Assembly (NCBI GenBank): GCA_965204085.1
Contig: CBDBEE010000003.1
Location: 1,068,173 to 1,132,172 of the forward strand
Direction: 5' to 3'
DNA: 64,000 nucleotides
From: Candidatus Poribacteria bacterium
Lineage (GTDB): Bacteria; Poribacteria; WGA-4E; JAJDTR01
The notes under the pieces were generated by a model. It did not search any database. It saw only the letters and a program-made list of their open reading frames with translations, and had not been told where the DNA came from. Within the stretch, counting starts at the first letter, position 1; each line of letters opens with the position of its first letter. Made by a program: the position numbers and the translations under genes. This document shows positions 8,915 through 17,169 of the stretch, in pieces.

Positions 8915-10032
8915 CTCATGGGCATAACAACATATTGAAAGTTTTGCGCCAATTCAAGGCGCATTGAATCAGTCGGCTCCGGGCGCATCCAGAATGTGAC
9001 TTCGGTTGTATCTGCCCGCAGGAGCGCTTCTTCAATGAATCTGGCATCGAACGCCGCCGCTGTATCCGTCCCTTCATATTGAATCGGTACGCAAGCTTTC
9101 GAATTTCCCCAGCGCGTACTGTTTTCAACAGTCAGTTGTTCACCACTTACGCGAAACTCCGTGCGGTTGTACGGGTCGTCGTTTCCCAAGCGGATGGCTC
9201 TGAGCGCCCACAGTAGTTCTTCGCGGTTCACCTTGACACACAGATTAGCGCTAGTCGCTTTTTCAAGCACCCACTTATAATCCGGGAAATCCCCTTCCGG
9301 CAAGAGGCAGCTTAACGAAACCCCTTCAACCTCAAAACCCATGGCGTTCTCAGTGAAGCGGAGACGGCAGATTTTCGGATTCAGGGATCCTATCAAATCA
9401 ATCATCTTCATGCAAGCGGCATAAGGCATTGCCCGCATCGGCATCGGGGGCTCTGTGTCGACTGGCTTAGCTGTTGATGGCAAAGTGACCATCGCCATCC
9501 GTCTGCCATTGGTGGTTACGATTCGATCTTCGCCGTCCTGTCGATGAAAAAGCACTCCCGTAAGGAAGGGACGTTGTTTTGCTTCGTCCGCGTCTGATAG
9601 CTGCACCGAGGCGAACAGAACAGATTTCAGAGCCGCTCCGAACTGCGACGCTTGGATCTCACCTCCGGGCGCGTTGACCAACTCCGCAAGTGCGGGATCT
9701 CTCCATTTCTCCGCGTGCGTTCGCACCGTATGTCGATGCTGATCACCTTCGACATCCAAACACCGATGCCATTGGTGGTGACTGAATCGCAGTGTGTCAC
9801 CGACCGCGTGATTGCAAATACGCGACAGCGTATCCGGAGGAAGGGTTGCCTTACCGGGGGATTCGACATCGACTGGAATTACATGGTCGATACTGAACTT
9901 ACCATCGTCGGTGTAGCATTGAGACCGTAACTGCGCATCTCCCGCAGTCATCGACAGATGCGTTCCCGGTTCATCAATCTTCAAAAGCGTCAAGGCACGT
10001 TTTAGAGTAGCCACGTTACAGGTAAATATCAT
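8911..10032 (-). CDS. Highly divergent DNA polymerase III beta sliding-clamp (DnaN-like) paralog
   Basis: Collinear with E. coli DnaN by eye: MIFTCNVATLKRAL (MKFTVEREHLLKPL), FLTGVLFHRQDGEDRIVTTNGRRMA (YLNGMLFETEGEELRTVATDGHRLA), LPEGDFPDYKWVL (LVDGRFPDYRRVL), C-terminal YVVMPMR (YVVMPMRL). GGAGGAA RBS upstream. No dnaA/recF/gyrB nearby. Confidence 0.75.
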   Translation of the reverse strand: MIFTCNVATLKRALTLLKIDEPGTHLSMTAGDAQLRSQCYTDDGKFSIDHVIPVDVESPGKATLPPDTLSRICNHAVGDTLRFSHHQWHRCLDVEGDQHRHTVRTHAEKWRDPALAELVNAPGGEIQASQFGAALKSVLFASVQLSDADEAKQRPFLTGVLFHRQDGEDRIVTTNGRRMAMVTLPSTAKPVDTEPPMPMRAMPYAACMKMIDLIGSLNPKICRLRFTENAMGFEVEGVSLSCLLPEGDFPDYKWVLEKATSANLCVKVNREELLWALRAIRLGNDDPYNRTEFRVSGEQLTVENSTRWGNSKACVPIQYEGTDTAAAFDARFIEEALLRADTTEVTFWMRPEPTDSMRLELAQNFQYVVMPMR

Positions 10033-10116
10033 CGTTTCCTCCCCACCCGCAGAGTAAGCCTTCAGAAGTGTCGTTTCAGATGGATGCCTCCTTGGGTGTG
10101 TTTTTTCGGTCCGAGA

Positions 10117-10707
10117 TTAGAACAGGTCTTCGATTGATATGCCCCTCTGTTTGAGTAGTCGCAACACTTCATTGTGTAAAGCATTTCGCGCGCGCTGCCG
10201 AAGCGATTTGACGGCGATTTCACTCCGTTGGATAATTTGTGCAATTTCCCTGTTCGGTATATTTTCCAACTCGCCCAACACGAGCACTGTGCGGTCGATT
10301 GGTCGTAACCCAAGTAGGGCTGCCTGCAAGAACTCCCTGCTTTCAGCGCGTATTAATGGCTTGAGCGGAGAATCTGTTGAAACCAACGGAATAGCCAACA
10401 CCTGCTCCATATCTTCCGAAGTCTTCTTATCGAACGATATCGTTGGGTGTTGTTGGCGCCGGCGTAACAGGTCGATACACCCATTGTAGGCGATGCGAAA
10501 CAGCCATGAACGTACCGCTGCCGTGTCGAGCAACTCGGACCAACCCTGGTACGCTCGGAGAAACGTCTCGGCGGTCATGTCCTCTGCGTCTGTCGGGTTT
10601 CCCAACAGTCGGAGAACAAACCGATAAATGGCGTCAACATTCGACTCATACACTTCAATGAATGATTCATCCACAGATGAAGCACCTCGTTGGCTTCGCA
10701 CTCTCAA
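10117..10707 (-). CDS. ECF-type (group 4) RNA polymerase sigma-70 factor
   Basis: Region 2 (AEDMTAETFLRAYQGW...VRSWLFRIAYNGCIDLLRRR) and region 4 HTH (NREIAQIIQRSEIAVKSLRQRARNAL). Confidence 0.9.
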   Translation of the reverse strand: MRVRSQRGASSVDESFIEVYESNVDAIYRFVLRLLGNPTDAEDMTAETFLRAYQGWSELLDTAAVRSWLFRIAYNGCIDLLRRRQQHPTISFDKKTSEDMEQVLAIPLVSTDSPLKPLIRAESREFLQAALLGLRPIDRTVLVLGELENIPNREIAQIIQRSEIAVKSLRQRARNALHNEVLRLLKQRGISIEDLF

Positions 10708-10750
10708 GGTTATATGACGAAATAATCGGGTGAAGGCATCGGGAAATCGG

Positions 10751-10779
10751 TTGATTGACTCATGTAGTTGCGATATACT
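10751..10779 (+). promoter_or_regulatory. Candidate sigma-70-type promoter for the 10824 gene
   Basis: TTGATT (10751-56), 17-nt spacer, TATACT (10774-79), about 45 nt upstream of the ATG. Lies in the divergent region shared with the ECF sigma gene. Confidence 0.35.
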
Positions 10780-10823
10780 GTTTGTACGCAGTTTCTAATG
10801 AAGATTAGAGGTGATGTGTTATC

Positions 10824-11633
10824 ATGATAAAATTGGGTACGATGTCATTGAATCTCAGGAATATTGTTGCTACTGAATTTGCGCGGATTGTTTATGAACT
10901 CGGCTTTGATGTCATCGAATTGCATACCAGTGCTTTTGAATCGACAGATATCGGGTATCTTCGTGAACTGAAGATGGAGTTGACGAAAAAAGGTCTGCCG
11001 CTCGGCTATATCGGCATTAGCAACAATTTTGGCCGTCCGGTTGATGAACATCCGGAGCAGATTGCGTTAATCAAAAAGTGGATCGATGTAGCGGATTTCA
11101 TGTGTTGCCCGCTCGTGAGAGTCTTCGGAGCTTATATACCTGAAGACTGCGAAGATGAAGAGGCACTCTGGTCACCGATGATTGCCGGATTCCAAGAGGT
11201 CGCCGATTATGGCTACGAAAAGGGCATCTTAGTCGGGTTACAGAACCACAACCACAACAACGTCACACGCACCGGTGAAGATTTGCTGCGCGCCCTTCGG
11301 GAAACCGATCGTCCCTATTTTACACACATCCTAGACACGGGGCAATATGCGGGGTCGCCCGGTGCCAGCGGTCATCGGGGCTCGTCCCATCCCGACTACG
11401 ATTGCTATGATAGTATTGCGAAAACGGCGCCCTACGCCGTGTATGTGCGCACGAAGTTTTATCGCATCGACAGCGGTGTCGAAGAGTGGCTCGATTATCC
11501 GCGGATTCTTGACATTCTGGTTGAGGTCGGTTACAATGGTTGCCTCTCCATCGTGTACGAAGGGGAGTCGAATGCGATTGACTCTATGGAAAAAGCGGCG
11601 AAGTATTTGCGGACCATCATTAATGCTTTATAG
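10824..11633 (+). CDS. Sugar phosphate isomerase/epimerase (xylose isomerase-like TIM barrel)
   Basis: Length and motif pattern typical of the AP_endonuc_2/xylose-isomerase-like family (FDVIELH..., VRVFGAY, GLQNHNH, LSIVYEG). Confidence 0.7.
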   Translation: MIKLGTMSLNLRNIVATEFARIVYELGFDVIELHTSAFESTDIGYLRELKMELTKKGLPLGYIGISNNFGRPVDEHPEQIALIKKWIDVADFMCCPLVRVFGAYIPEDCEDEEALWSPMIAGFQEVADYGYEKGILVGLQNHNHNNVTRTGEDLLRALRETDRPYFTHILDTGQYAGSPGASGHRGSSHPDYDCYDSIAKTAPYAVYVRTKFYRIDSGVEEWLDYPRILDILVEVGYNGCLSIVYEGESNAIDSMEKAAKYLRTIINAL

Positions 11634-11709
11634 CCGAATAACCGACATTTCAGCAGATTTGCGCAGGAACATCGTACATGGTTCGGACGGGGAAAAATGA
11701 GAAAGTCGA

Positions 11710-12360
11710 GTGGATAGAGGCGCGTTAACCGTGCGGGATAAAACGTGGTTTACCATTGACGGCACAATAGAGCCGATTGACTTCTCCGGTCCGAGTTTTT
11801 TCCGATTCCCACTAGAACTGGCAGAGTTTGTTATGAATCGATTTTCCAATCCCGGAGACTGGGTTCTCGACCCGTTCTGTGGATTTGGGACGACGATGGT
11901 AGCGGCGCAGAATTTAGGATGTCAAGCGATCGGATTTGAGAAAAATCATCAACGAGCTGATTTTGCTGCCAATCGGGTGCTACCTCCAAGTCGTGTACTT
12001 ACCGAAGACAGTCGGTATATCCTAGAATACGAGCTGCCGTCTTTCGATCTTCTTTTCACAAGTCCGCCCTATTTGAGTCTTCGCGATGAAAAAACCGAGC
12101 AACCCGTGCAGGAGTACGTGATCGACCTTGTCAAGACCTTTGAAGCAATTCGCGGTTGCATGAAACCCCGAAGTAAGGTCGTGATTGAACTATCCAATGT
12201 TAGCAAGGCGGACGGCATCCGACCAACACTGTGGGAAGCGGGGCGGGCACTTTCGGAACTCTTTTGCCTTGAAGATGAACTGGTGCGGTGCAATACAGGA
12301 ATAGAGTTGGCGGGTCCAGGCTACAATCATTCGACATTGCTCGTCTTTCGGGTTGACTGA
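11710..12360 (+). CDS. Small SAM-dependent methyltransferase with N4/N6 DNA-MTase-type motifs (orphan)
   Basis: RFPLELAEFVMNRFSNPGDWVLDPFCGFGTTMVAAQNLGCQAIGFEKN (motif I region, as in the N6_N4_Mtase family), followed ~45 aa later by LLFTSPPYLSL (motif IV). GTG start. Confidence 0.65.
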   Translation: MDRGALTVRDKTWFTIDGTIEPIDFSGPSFFRFPLELAEFVMNRFSNPGDWVLDPFCGFGTTMVAAQNLGCQAIGFEKNHQRADFAANRVLPPSRVLTEDSRYILEYELPSFDLLFTSPPYLSLRDEKTEQPVQEYVIDLVKTFEAIRGCMKPRSKVVIELSNVSKADGIRPTLWEAGRALSELFCLEDELVRCNTGIELAGPGYNHSTLLVFRVD

Positions 12361-12543
12361 TGGGGTTCGTTTTCGTGGACGGACGTGCCTAACCAAGATG
12401 TCCAGATAGTGCCTAATAGATGCATTAGCATTGAAAACGGTTGTGCCAAACGTCGGAGTTTTTCGTCTAAATGAACGAGCTATATTCGAAAAAGGGAGAA
12501 ACGCGGCTGGGTACCCAAGTCTGAATCTTGAGGTTGTGGCTGT

Positions 12544-13503
12544 GTGAACTATATGAAGCTACTTATTATTGGATCATGGGACCAAGATCGCCTCGCCGAG
12601 GTTAGGAAAATGTTCCCTCAGGTTGAATTTACTGCTGCGAGTGACCAGGATAAAATTCTGCGCGAGATTCCTGATGCCGAAGTTGTTTACGGAGGCATCA
12701 CACGGGAGGCATTCCTAGCAGCGAAAAAGCTAAAGTGGATTCAAAATACGGGTGCCGGTGTGGAAAAACTGGCGCGAATTTCCGAAATCGCCGGGAGCGA
12801 TGTGATTGTCACGAATACCCGCGGCGCTCACGCCGCCACAATCGCCGAACACACCTTCGGGTTGCTAATTAGCCTGACCCGCAATTTACGACAGACTTTT
12901 CAGGCGCAGCGGGATCACAACTGGGGTGTTCAATTTGACAATCCCATGGTGGGATTGACCGGTTTAACCCTCGGCATGGTCGGTCTGGGCAACATCGGGC
13001 GTGCTATTGCCAAAAGAGGATACGCGTTTGATATGAACGTCATTGCCATTGACGCGCATGAAGTGGCCAAACCCGACTTTGTGACCGAACTGAGACTATC
13101 GGACGGGCTGGATGACCTGTTGCAGCGATCCGACGTAGTAGCAGTAACAACGCCCCATACGCCAAATACAGCAGGATTGCTCGGCGAACAGCAACTTAGG
13201 CTGATGAAACCGTCAAGCTACCTGCTGGTTGTGTCACGGGGTGGCATCGTAGATGAAGATGCATTGGTTCGGATGCTTAACGAAGGCAAACTTGCCGGTG
13301 CCGGATTGGATGTGACCGCCACAGAGCCGTTGCCGGAAGACAGCCCGCTTTGGGATACGCCGGACTTGCTGATAACCCCGCATTGCTCCGGGCGATCTGC
13401 CTTTACGTCTGCCTCGGCACTGGCTATCTTTCACGAGAATTTGCGTCGCTACCTTGCCGATGAGCCGCTCACGAATTTGGTTGATTTGAAATTGGGGTAT
13501 TAG
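12544..13503 (+). CDS. D-isomer-specific 2-hydroxyacid dehydrogenase family protein
   Basis: NAD-binding GMVGLGNIGRAIAKRG, catalytic region SRGGIVDEDAL...GAGLDV...EPLP...TPH. The true start may be the ATG at 12553 (MKLLIIG). Confidence 0.85.
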   Translation: MNYMKLLIIGSWDQDRLAEVRKMFPQVEFTAASDQDKILREIPDAEVVYGGITREAFLAAKKLKWIQNTGAGVEKLARISEIAGSDVIVTNTRGAHAATIAEHTFGLLISLTRNLRQTFQAQRDHNWGVQFDNPMVGLTGLTLGMVGLGNIGRAIAKRGYAFDMNVIAIDAHEVAKPDFVTELRLSDGLDDLLQRSDVVAVTTPHTPNTAGLLGEQQLRLMKPSSYLLVVSRGGIVDEDALVRMLNEGKLAGAGLDVTATEPLPEDSPLWDTPDLLITPHCSGRSAFTSASALAIFHENLRRYLADEPLTNLVDLKLGY

Positions 13504-13562
13504 GAGCCTAATTAAATCAGAATAGTCAACCCGTTTTTGGGCGTTCGAGTAGCAATTGACGC

Positions 13563-13730
13563 AAGTTGCTACCTTTAACAGAGAAACCGAGTTTTTGGTT
13601 CACGTTCGCTAAATTATAGATAAATTAGTCTGATATTCGTCAATCTCGTGGCTCCACGTTGGAAAAAACTCGGTTTCTGTGCCCCTGTCGAACAAAGGTA
13701 GTAACTTGGGCTAATTACTTTGAAGATTCC
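13563..13730. repeat. Family-A long-hairpin MITE-like element, copy 2
   Basis: Same arms as 8232..8408 (gcaagttgctaccttt...gagaaaccgagtttttggttcacg / cacgttggaaaaaactcggtttctg...aaaggtagtaacttgg). Confidence 0.75.
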
Positions 13731-13779
13731 GTCCGCGATTGCTCTCTATACGAATCGTGTAGGTTCCCGACATGACATA

Positions 13780-13876
13780 GATATACTGCGCGCTGTCAGA
13801 AATTGCGTCTTTTGTAGGAGCGATCTCTAGGTCGCGACCTACCGCCAGACACTTGAAAACACGCAATTTTCAGCAG
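13780..13876. repeat. Family-C MITE-like element (symmetric variant)
   Basis: Ends ctgtcagaaattgcgt / acgcaattttcagcag are inverted repeats around the core gtaggagcgatctctaggtcgcgacctac. The core recurs at 21197, 27287 and 40513. Confidence 0.65.
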
Positions 13877-14087
13877 AATGAAGCATAGTTAGACTGCTAC
13901 CTATCGGCAAATGAATTGTCACCACAAGCATTACATTTCATATTATCTACCGTTGCCCAAGCGGGTTCCTTTGCTTGGGCGGATGCCGTGGCATCACGTG
14001 AGGTGGTGCCAATGTCTTACAACAACAAAGACACTCATATCACTCATTTATTCAAGTGTCTAGGTTTTTGAAATCATAATTGAAAGG

Positions 14088-14441
14088 ATGATTATCGTGT
14101 TAAGAAAATCGATGAAAATCCGCGAAAGCGCCGATATCACCGTTATTGATGTCAACGAAAATCTTGGGAATCAGGTGGCAGGGGAACTCAAGCAAACCCT
14201 TGAGGCTCAAAACACCTTGAAGATTGTCATGAATCTCAGCGAGGTGAAACATATCAGCAGCACGGCAATAGGCGCATTGGTAGGTGTGGCAATGCGACTT
14301 CGCCGGAGGGGCGGCGACCTAAAGGTGTATGGACTTCGAGACAACATAATGCGGGCATTTGATTTGGTGGGCGCATCAGGTATTGTCGAGATTTTTTCGA
14401 CAGAAAGTAGCGCGGCGGCTGCCTTTTTGGCGCCCGCCTAA
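14088..14441 (+). CDS. STAS-domain anti-sigma-factor antagonist (SpoIIAA/RsbV-like)
   Basis: Typical STAS layout: ITVIDVNENL...LKIVMNLSEVKHISSTAIGALVG...GGDLKVYGLRDNIMRAFDLVG. No partner kinase or phosphatase in the window. Confidence 0.8.
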   Translation: MIIVLRKSMKIRESADITVIDVNENLGNQVAGELKQTLEAQNTLKIVMNLSEVKHISSTAIGALVGVAMRLRRRGGDLKVYGLRDNIMRAFDLVGASGIVEIFSTESSAAAAFLAPA

Positions 14442-14547
14442 GAACTGAGCGGATCTCAATTCGGCGGGTTTTAGGTACATGGCAGCAGTTGTATTACCGA
14501 AGTCGGCAGATGTCGCGTGAATTTAGACGAAAGGAGAAGATTAAACA

Positions 14548-15003
14548 TTGGAATCACTACAGAAATCGGTTCAATCTGTCATCAACGACGGACGAATAGG
14601 CAGCCCGGTGTTCGTGCGTTGCCTGTTGCAATCCCCGCACGCGGACGAAGATACCGTTAGAGCAAGCGCTGCACTCGTGAATATTGCGAATGCCTGGATG
14701 CCGTCATCGCCTGAGCAGATCTACGCGCAGCAGAGTCAGGATGGAACTCAGTCCACAACGATGATCAAATACGCAGGTGGACAGACGGCTCTGCTTAGCG
14801 TGAATCGCGTTGCAGCCAATCAGGAGGAATCCATAGATTTGGCTTTAGTCGGAAACAAAGGGGCAGTTTATCACGAAACTCCGCGTGGGCAGTATCGGTT
14901 GATGAGAGCCTCGATCCGACTCGATGATAAGGGCAACCTCTCTGATCTGATTGGTCAGGCAATTGCGTCGGGAGAACCTGTAAACTTGAGGAGTGAGGAG
15001 TAA
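14548..15003 (+). CDS. Hypothetical protein resembling a stand-alone Gfo/Idh/MocA C-terminal domain
   Basis: AAGGAG RBS and TTG start. Its stop lies 1 nt before the ATG of the next oxidoreductase gene. Sequence pattern GRIGSPVFVR...ALLSVN resembles the dimerisation/C-terminal domain of that family. Confidence 0.45.
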   Translation: MESLQKSVQSVINDGRIGSPVFVRCLLQSPHADEDTVRASAALVNIANAWMPSSPEQIYAQQSQDGTQSTTMIKYAGGQTALLSVNRVAANQEESIDLALVGNKGAVYHETPRGQYRLMRASIRLDDKGNLSDLIGQAIASGEPVNLRSEE

Positions 15004-15004
15004 C

Positions 15005-16150
15005 ATGGACAGTCAAGAGAAGTACGGTGTATTGATAATTGGCGGAAATCGATCTCACCAGGAAGGTTATTCGCGTACTTTCGCCGCAGACCCGCGATGC
15101 CGGCTCATCGCGTCGTCCGATGAGCGGGATGCGCCACCCGATCGTGTTGAGCTGAATCGCGCACTTGCCGAAGAATTGGATATTCCTTACATACCGGACT
15201 TGGATGAGGCGTTGGCGCGAGACGACGTGCATATTGTTTGTTCATGTGTGGAGACCGAGCGGCGCGGGCGCGTAGGTGCTCGGTGCGCGGAGGCGGGGAA
15301 GCACGTCTATCTGGACAAACCGCTTGCGTTAAACCCCAACGACGCGGCGAAGATTGTAGCGGCGGTGAAGCGAGCCGGTGTCCGCACCCAGATGTACTCT
15401 AACATTCATGATCCGGCGGCGCAAGCAGCGCGTCAGGCATTGAATCGCGGGGACATCGGCGAACTTCGCGCCATCCACTGTGACGTGGTCTTTGCCAAGG
15501 GTCACCCGGGGTCTGCGCCGGTGGGCAACAGGCGCATAGAAAAACCTAACGTGGAACGATACACCTTTGTCGATGCTAAGCGGGAGATGTTTGATATCGG
15601 CGTCTATGCGGTCGCTATGGTGAATTGGTTGACTCGCAAGAAGGTAAAAACCGTGTACGCGAACACCGGCAATTACTTCTTCAAGGGACACTTCGATCGC
15701 GATGTGGAAGATTTTGGAGCAATGGTATTAACCTTGGAGGACGGTGTCACCGCGACGGTCGCCGGAGGTCGATTTGGATGGCTGAGTCACCCTCAAGGCG
15801 GTATGCGGGGGCTGCACATCGTCGGGACGCGGGATACCTTGACATTTGACCCTTCGAAATCACATTTGGAGGTCTTCGCCGATGAACCCGTTTTTCAGCC
15901 GCCTCCGCCTCATCCCTTGGATCCGACGGGAATGTGGGGAAGTACCCAAACCAAATCCACCGGACCACCGAAACGACAATGGGTTTCCGTCAGTGACGGA
16001 CAGGGCCGGGACGAAATTGCCTCGTTTGTTGACTGTGTCGAAAACGGAGTGGAAAGCGAAATGAACGCCGAAATGGCGGCACCGTCGATCTCGGTGATTA
16101 CGGCGGCGTTTCAGTCGGCGGCAACCGGAAAGGTTGTCCAAATCGACTAA
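15005..16150 (+). CDS. Gfo/Idh/MocA family oxidoreductase
   Basis: N-terminal Rossmann motif (YGVLIIGGNRSH), EKP-like motif (VYLDKPLA), C-terminal alpha/beta domain. Confidence 0.8.
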   Translation: MDSQEKYGVLIIGGNRSHQEGYSRTFAADPRCRLIASSDERDAPPDRVELNRALAEELDIPYIPDLDEALARDDVHIVCSCVETERRGRVGARCAEAGKHVYLDKPLALNPNDAAKIVAAVKRAGVRTQMYSNIHDPAAQAARQALNRGDIGELRAIHCDVVFAKGHPGSAPVGNRRIEKPNVERYTFVDAKREMFDIGVYAVAMVNWLTRKKVKTVYANTGNYFFKGHFDRDVEDFGAMVLTLEDGVTATVAGGRFGWLSHPQGGMRGLHIVGTRDTLTFDPSKSHLEVFADEPVFQPPPPHPLDPTGMWGSTQTKSTGPPKRQWVSVSDGQGRDEIASFVDCVENGVESEMNAEMAAPSISVITAAFQSAATGKVVQID

Positions 16151-16230
16151 CGAAACTCCGAAAACCCGAACGATGCTCGCCTCCGTGCTGTGTAGGGACG
16201 GGGCATGTACCAAGACATTCAGGAGGAGGT

Positions 16231-16855
16231 ATGGCACGTGCTGTATTGGTTACATTCGCGGTGATATTTTTAGCAGCGACCAAAGTTTCTGCGGGACAAA
16301 TGGAAGATGTCGTTTACCTTGAGAATGGAGGAATTGTGCAGGGAACGATCCTTGAGCAGATTCCTGACGAGTCGTTGAAAATAAGGCGGGGAGACGGTAA
16401 AGAGTTAAGTATAGGATGCGCGATATTGTGCGAATTTCAAGAGAGCCCGTCCTTGAATCGCGAACCTTTATCCAGAAGAAAAACCCGATGGTAGCGCTCG
16501 GCTTATCATTTCCAATCGTGGGCTCCGGACAGTTCTACAATGGGGAGTACACGAAGGGAGTCGAGTAGGTCTAGGGCTTGTACTCAGCGCGGGTAGCGAC
16601 AACGTGGACAACCCGGATGGAAATCTCGACGCAGACAATGACGATTGGAGGAGTATCCCCGGTTATGTGCTTTTCCTCGGAGGGGCTGTTTGGGCGCTGA
16701 ATGACACGCCAATGTCAGCCAATAGAATCAATCGGCAAAACCTGTGGGTTTCCCACGGGCATTTAATTGAGCTTGACGGCGGACGAGCGGCACTTGGAAT
16801 CGACCCCGTAACATCGCGCAATAGATTGGGCACCGTGCAAACCCTGCGGATTTAG
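16231..16855 (+). pseudogene. Disrupted gene for a small secreted/membrane protein (two frame changes)
   Basis: The signal peptide plus VVYLENGGIVQGTILEQIPDESLKIRRGDGKELSI continues in another frame (MRDIVRISRE...KKNPMVALGLSFPIVGSGQFYNGEYTKG), then in a third (VGLGLVLSAGS...IPGYVLFLGGAVWALNDTPMSANRIN). Confidence 0.55.
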
Positions 16856-17169
16856 ATGGCGTGTGCATTTTTTGGAGATAGCTTCGAGTAGGACAGCAAC
16901 GCCCTCCTCCTAAAATGACAGTAATTGTTTAGTCCATTGACTCCTTGCGGCGAATACAAGTTGCTCCCTTGATCCCTCCCACATATAATCCAAGAATGCC
17001 CCGCTGCCGATAGTCAGGCGCGATATACTGCCAAACTAATATTGCCACTCGTTTTGGCTGAACCAAACAGTTACAAATGACGATTATGGGCGCTCGCAAA
17101 TAGCGTCAATTGAGTCTTTCCAATGCGAGGAAAGGTCTCTATCGTATTTGCTATTCACTCACTTGATCA

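Noticed and set aside
8911-10032. Calling this gene the replicative dnaN
   Set aside because: It has no dnaA, recF or gyrB neighbours, its sequence is very diverged, and it sits in an ECF sigma operon. I report it as a clamp paralog. Whether a canonical dnaN exists elsewhere cannot be seen from this window.
10708-10760. An autoregulated ECF-type promoter (GGAAC...CGT) upstream of the sigma gene
   Set aside because: Only weak matches are present on the minus strand (tcaACCgatttcccgatgccttcaCCCGAtt). This is not good enough to call without the group-specific consensus.
10824-12360. TIM-barrel gene plus methyltransferase as a restriction-modification or Endo-IV-type DNA repair/defence pair
   Set aside because: The TIM-barrel protein looks like the abundant sugar-phosphate isomerase/epimerase type that accompanies Gfo/Idh/MocA dehydrogenases, not endonuclease IV. 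No nuclease motifs (PD-(D/E)xK, HNH) are evident nearby.
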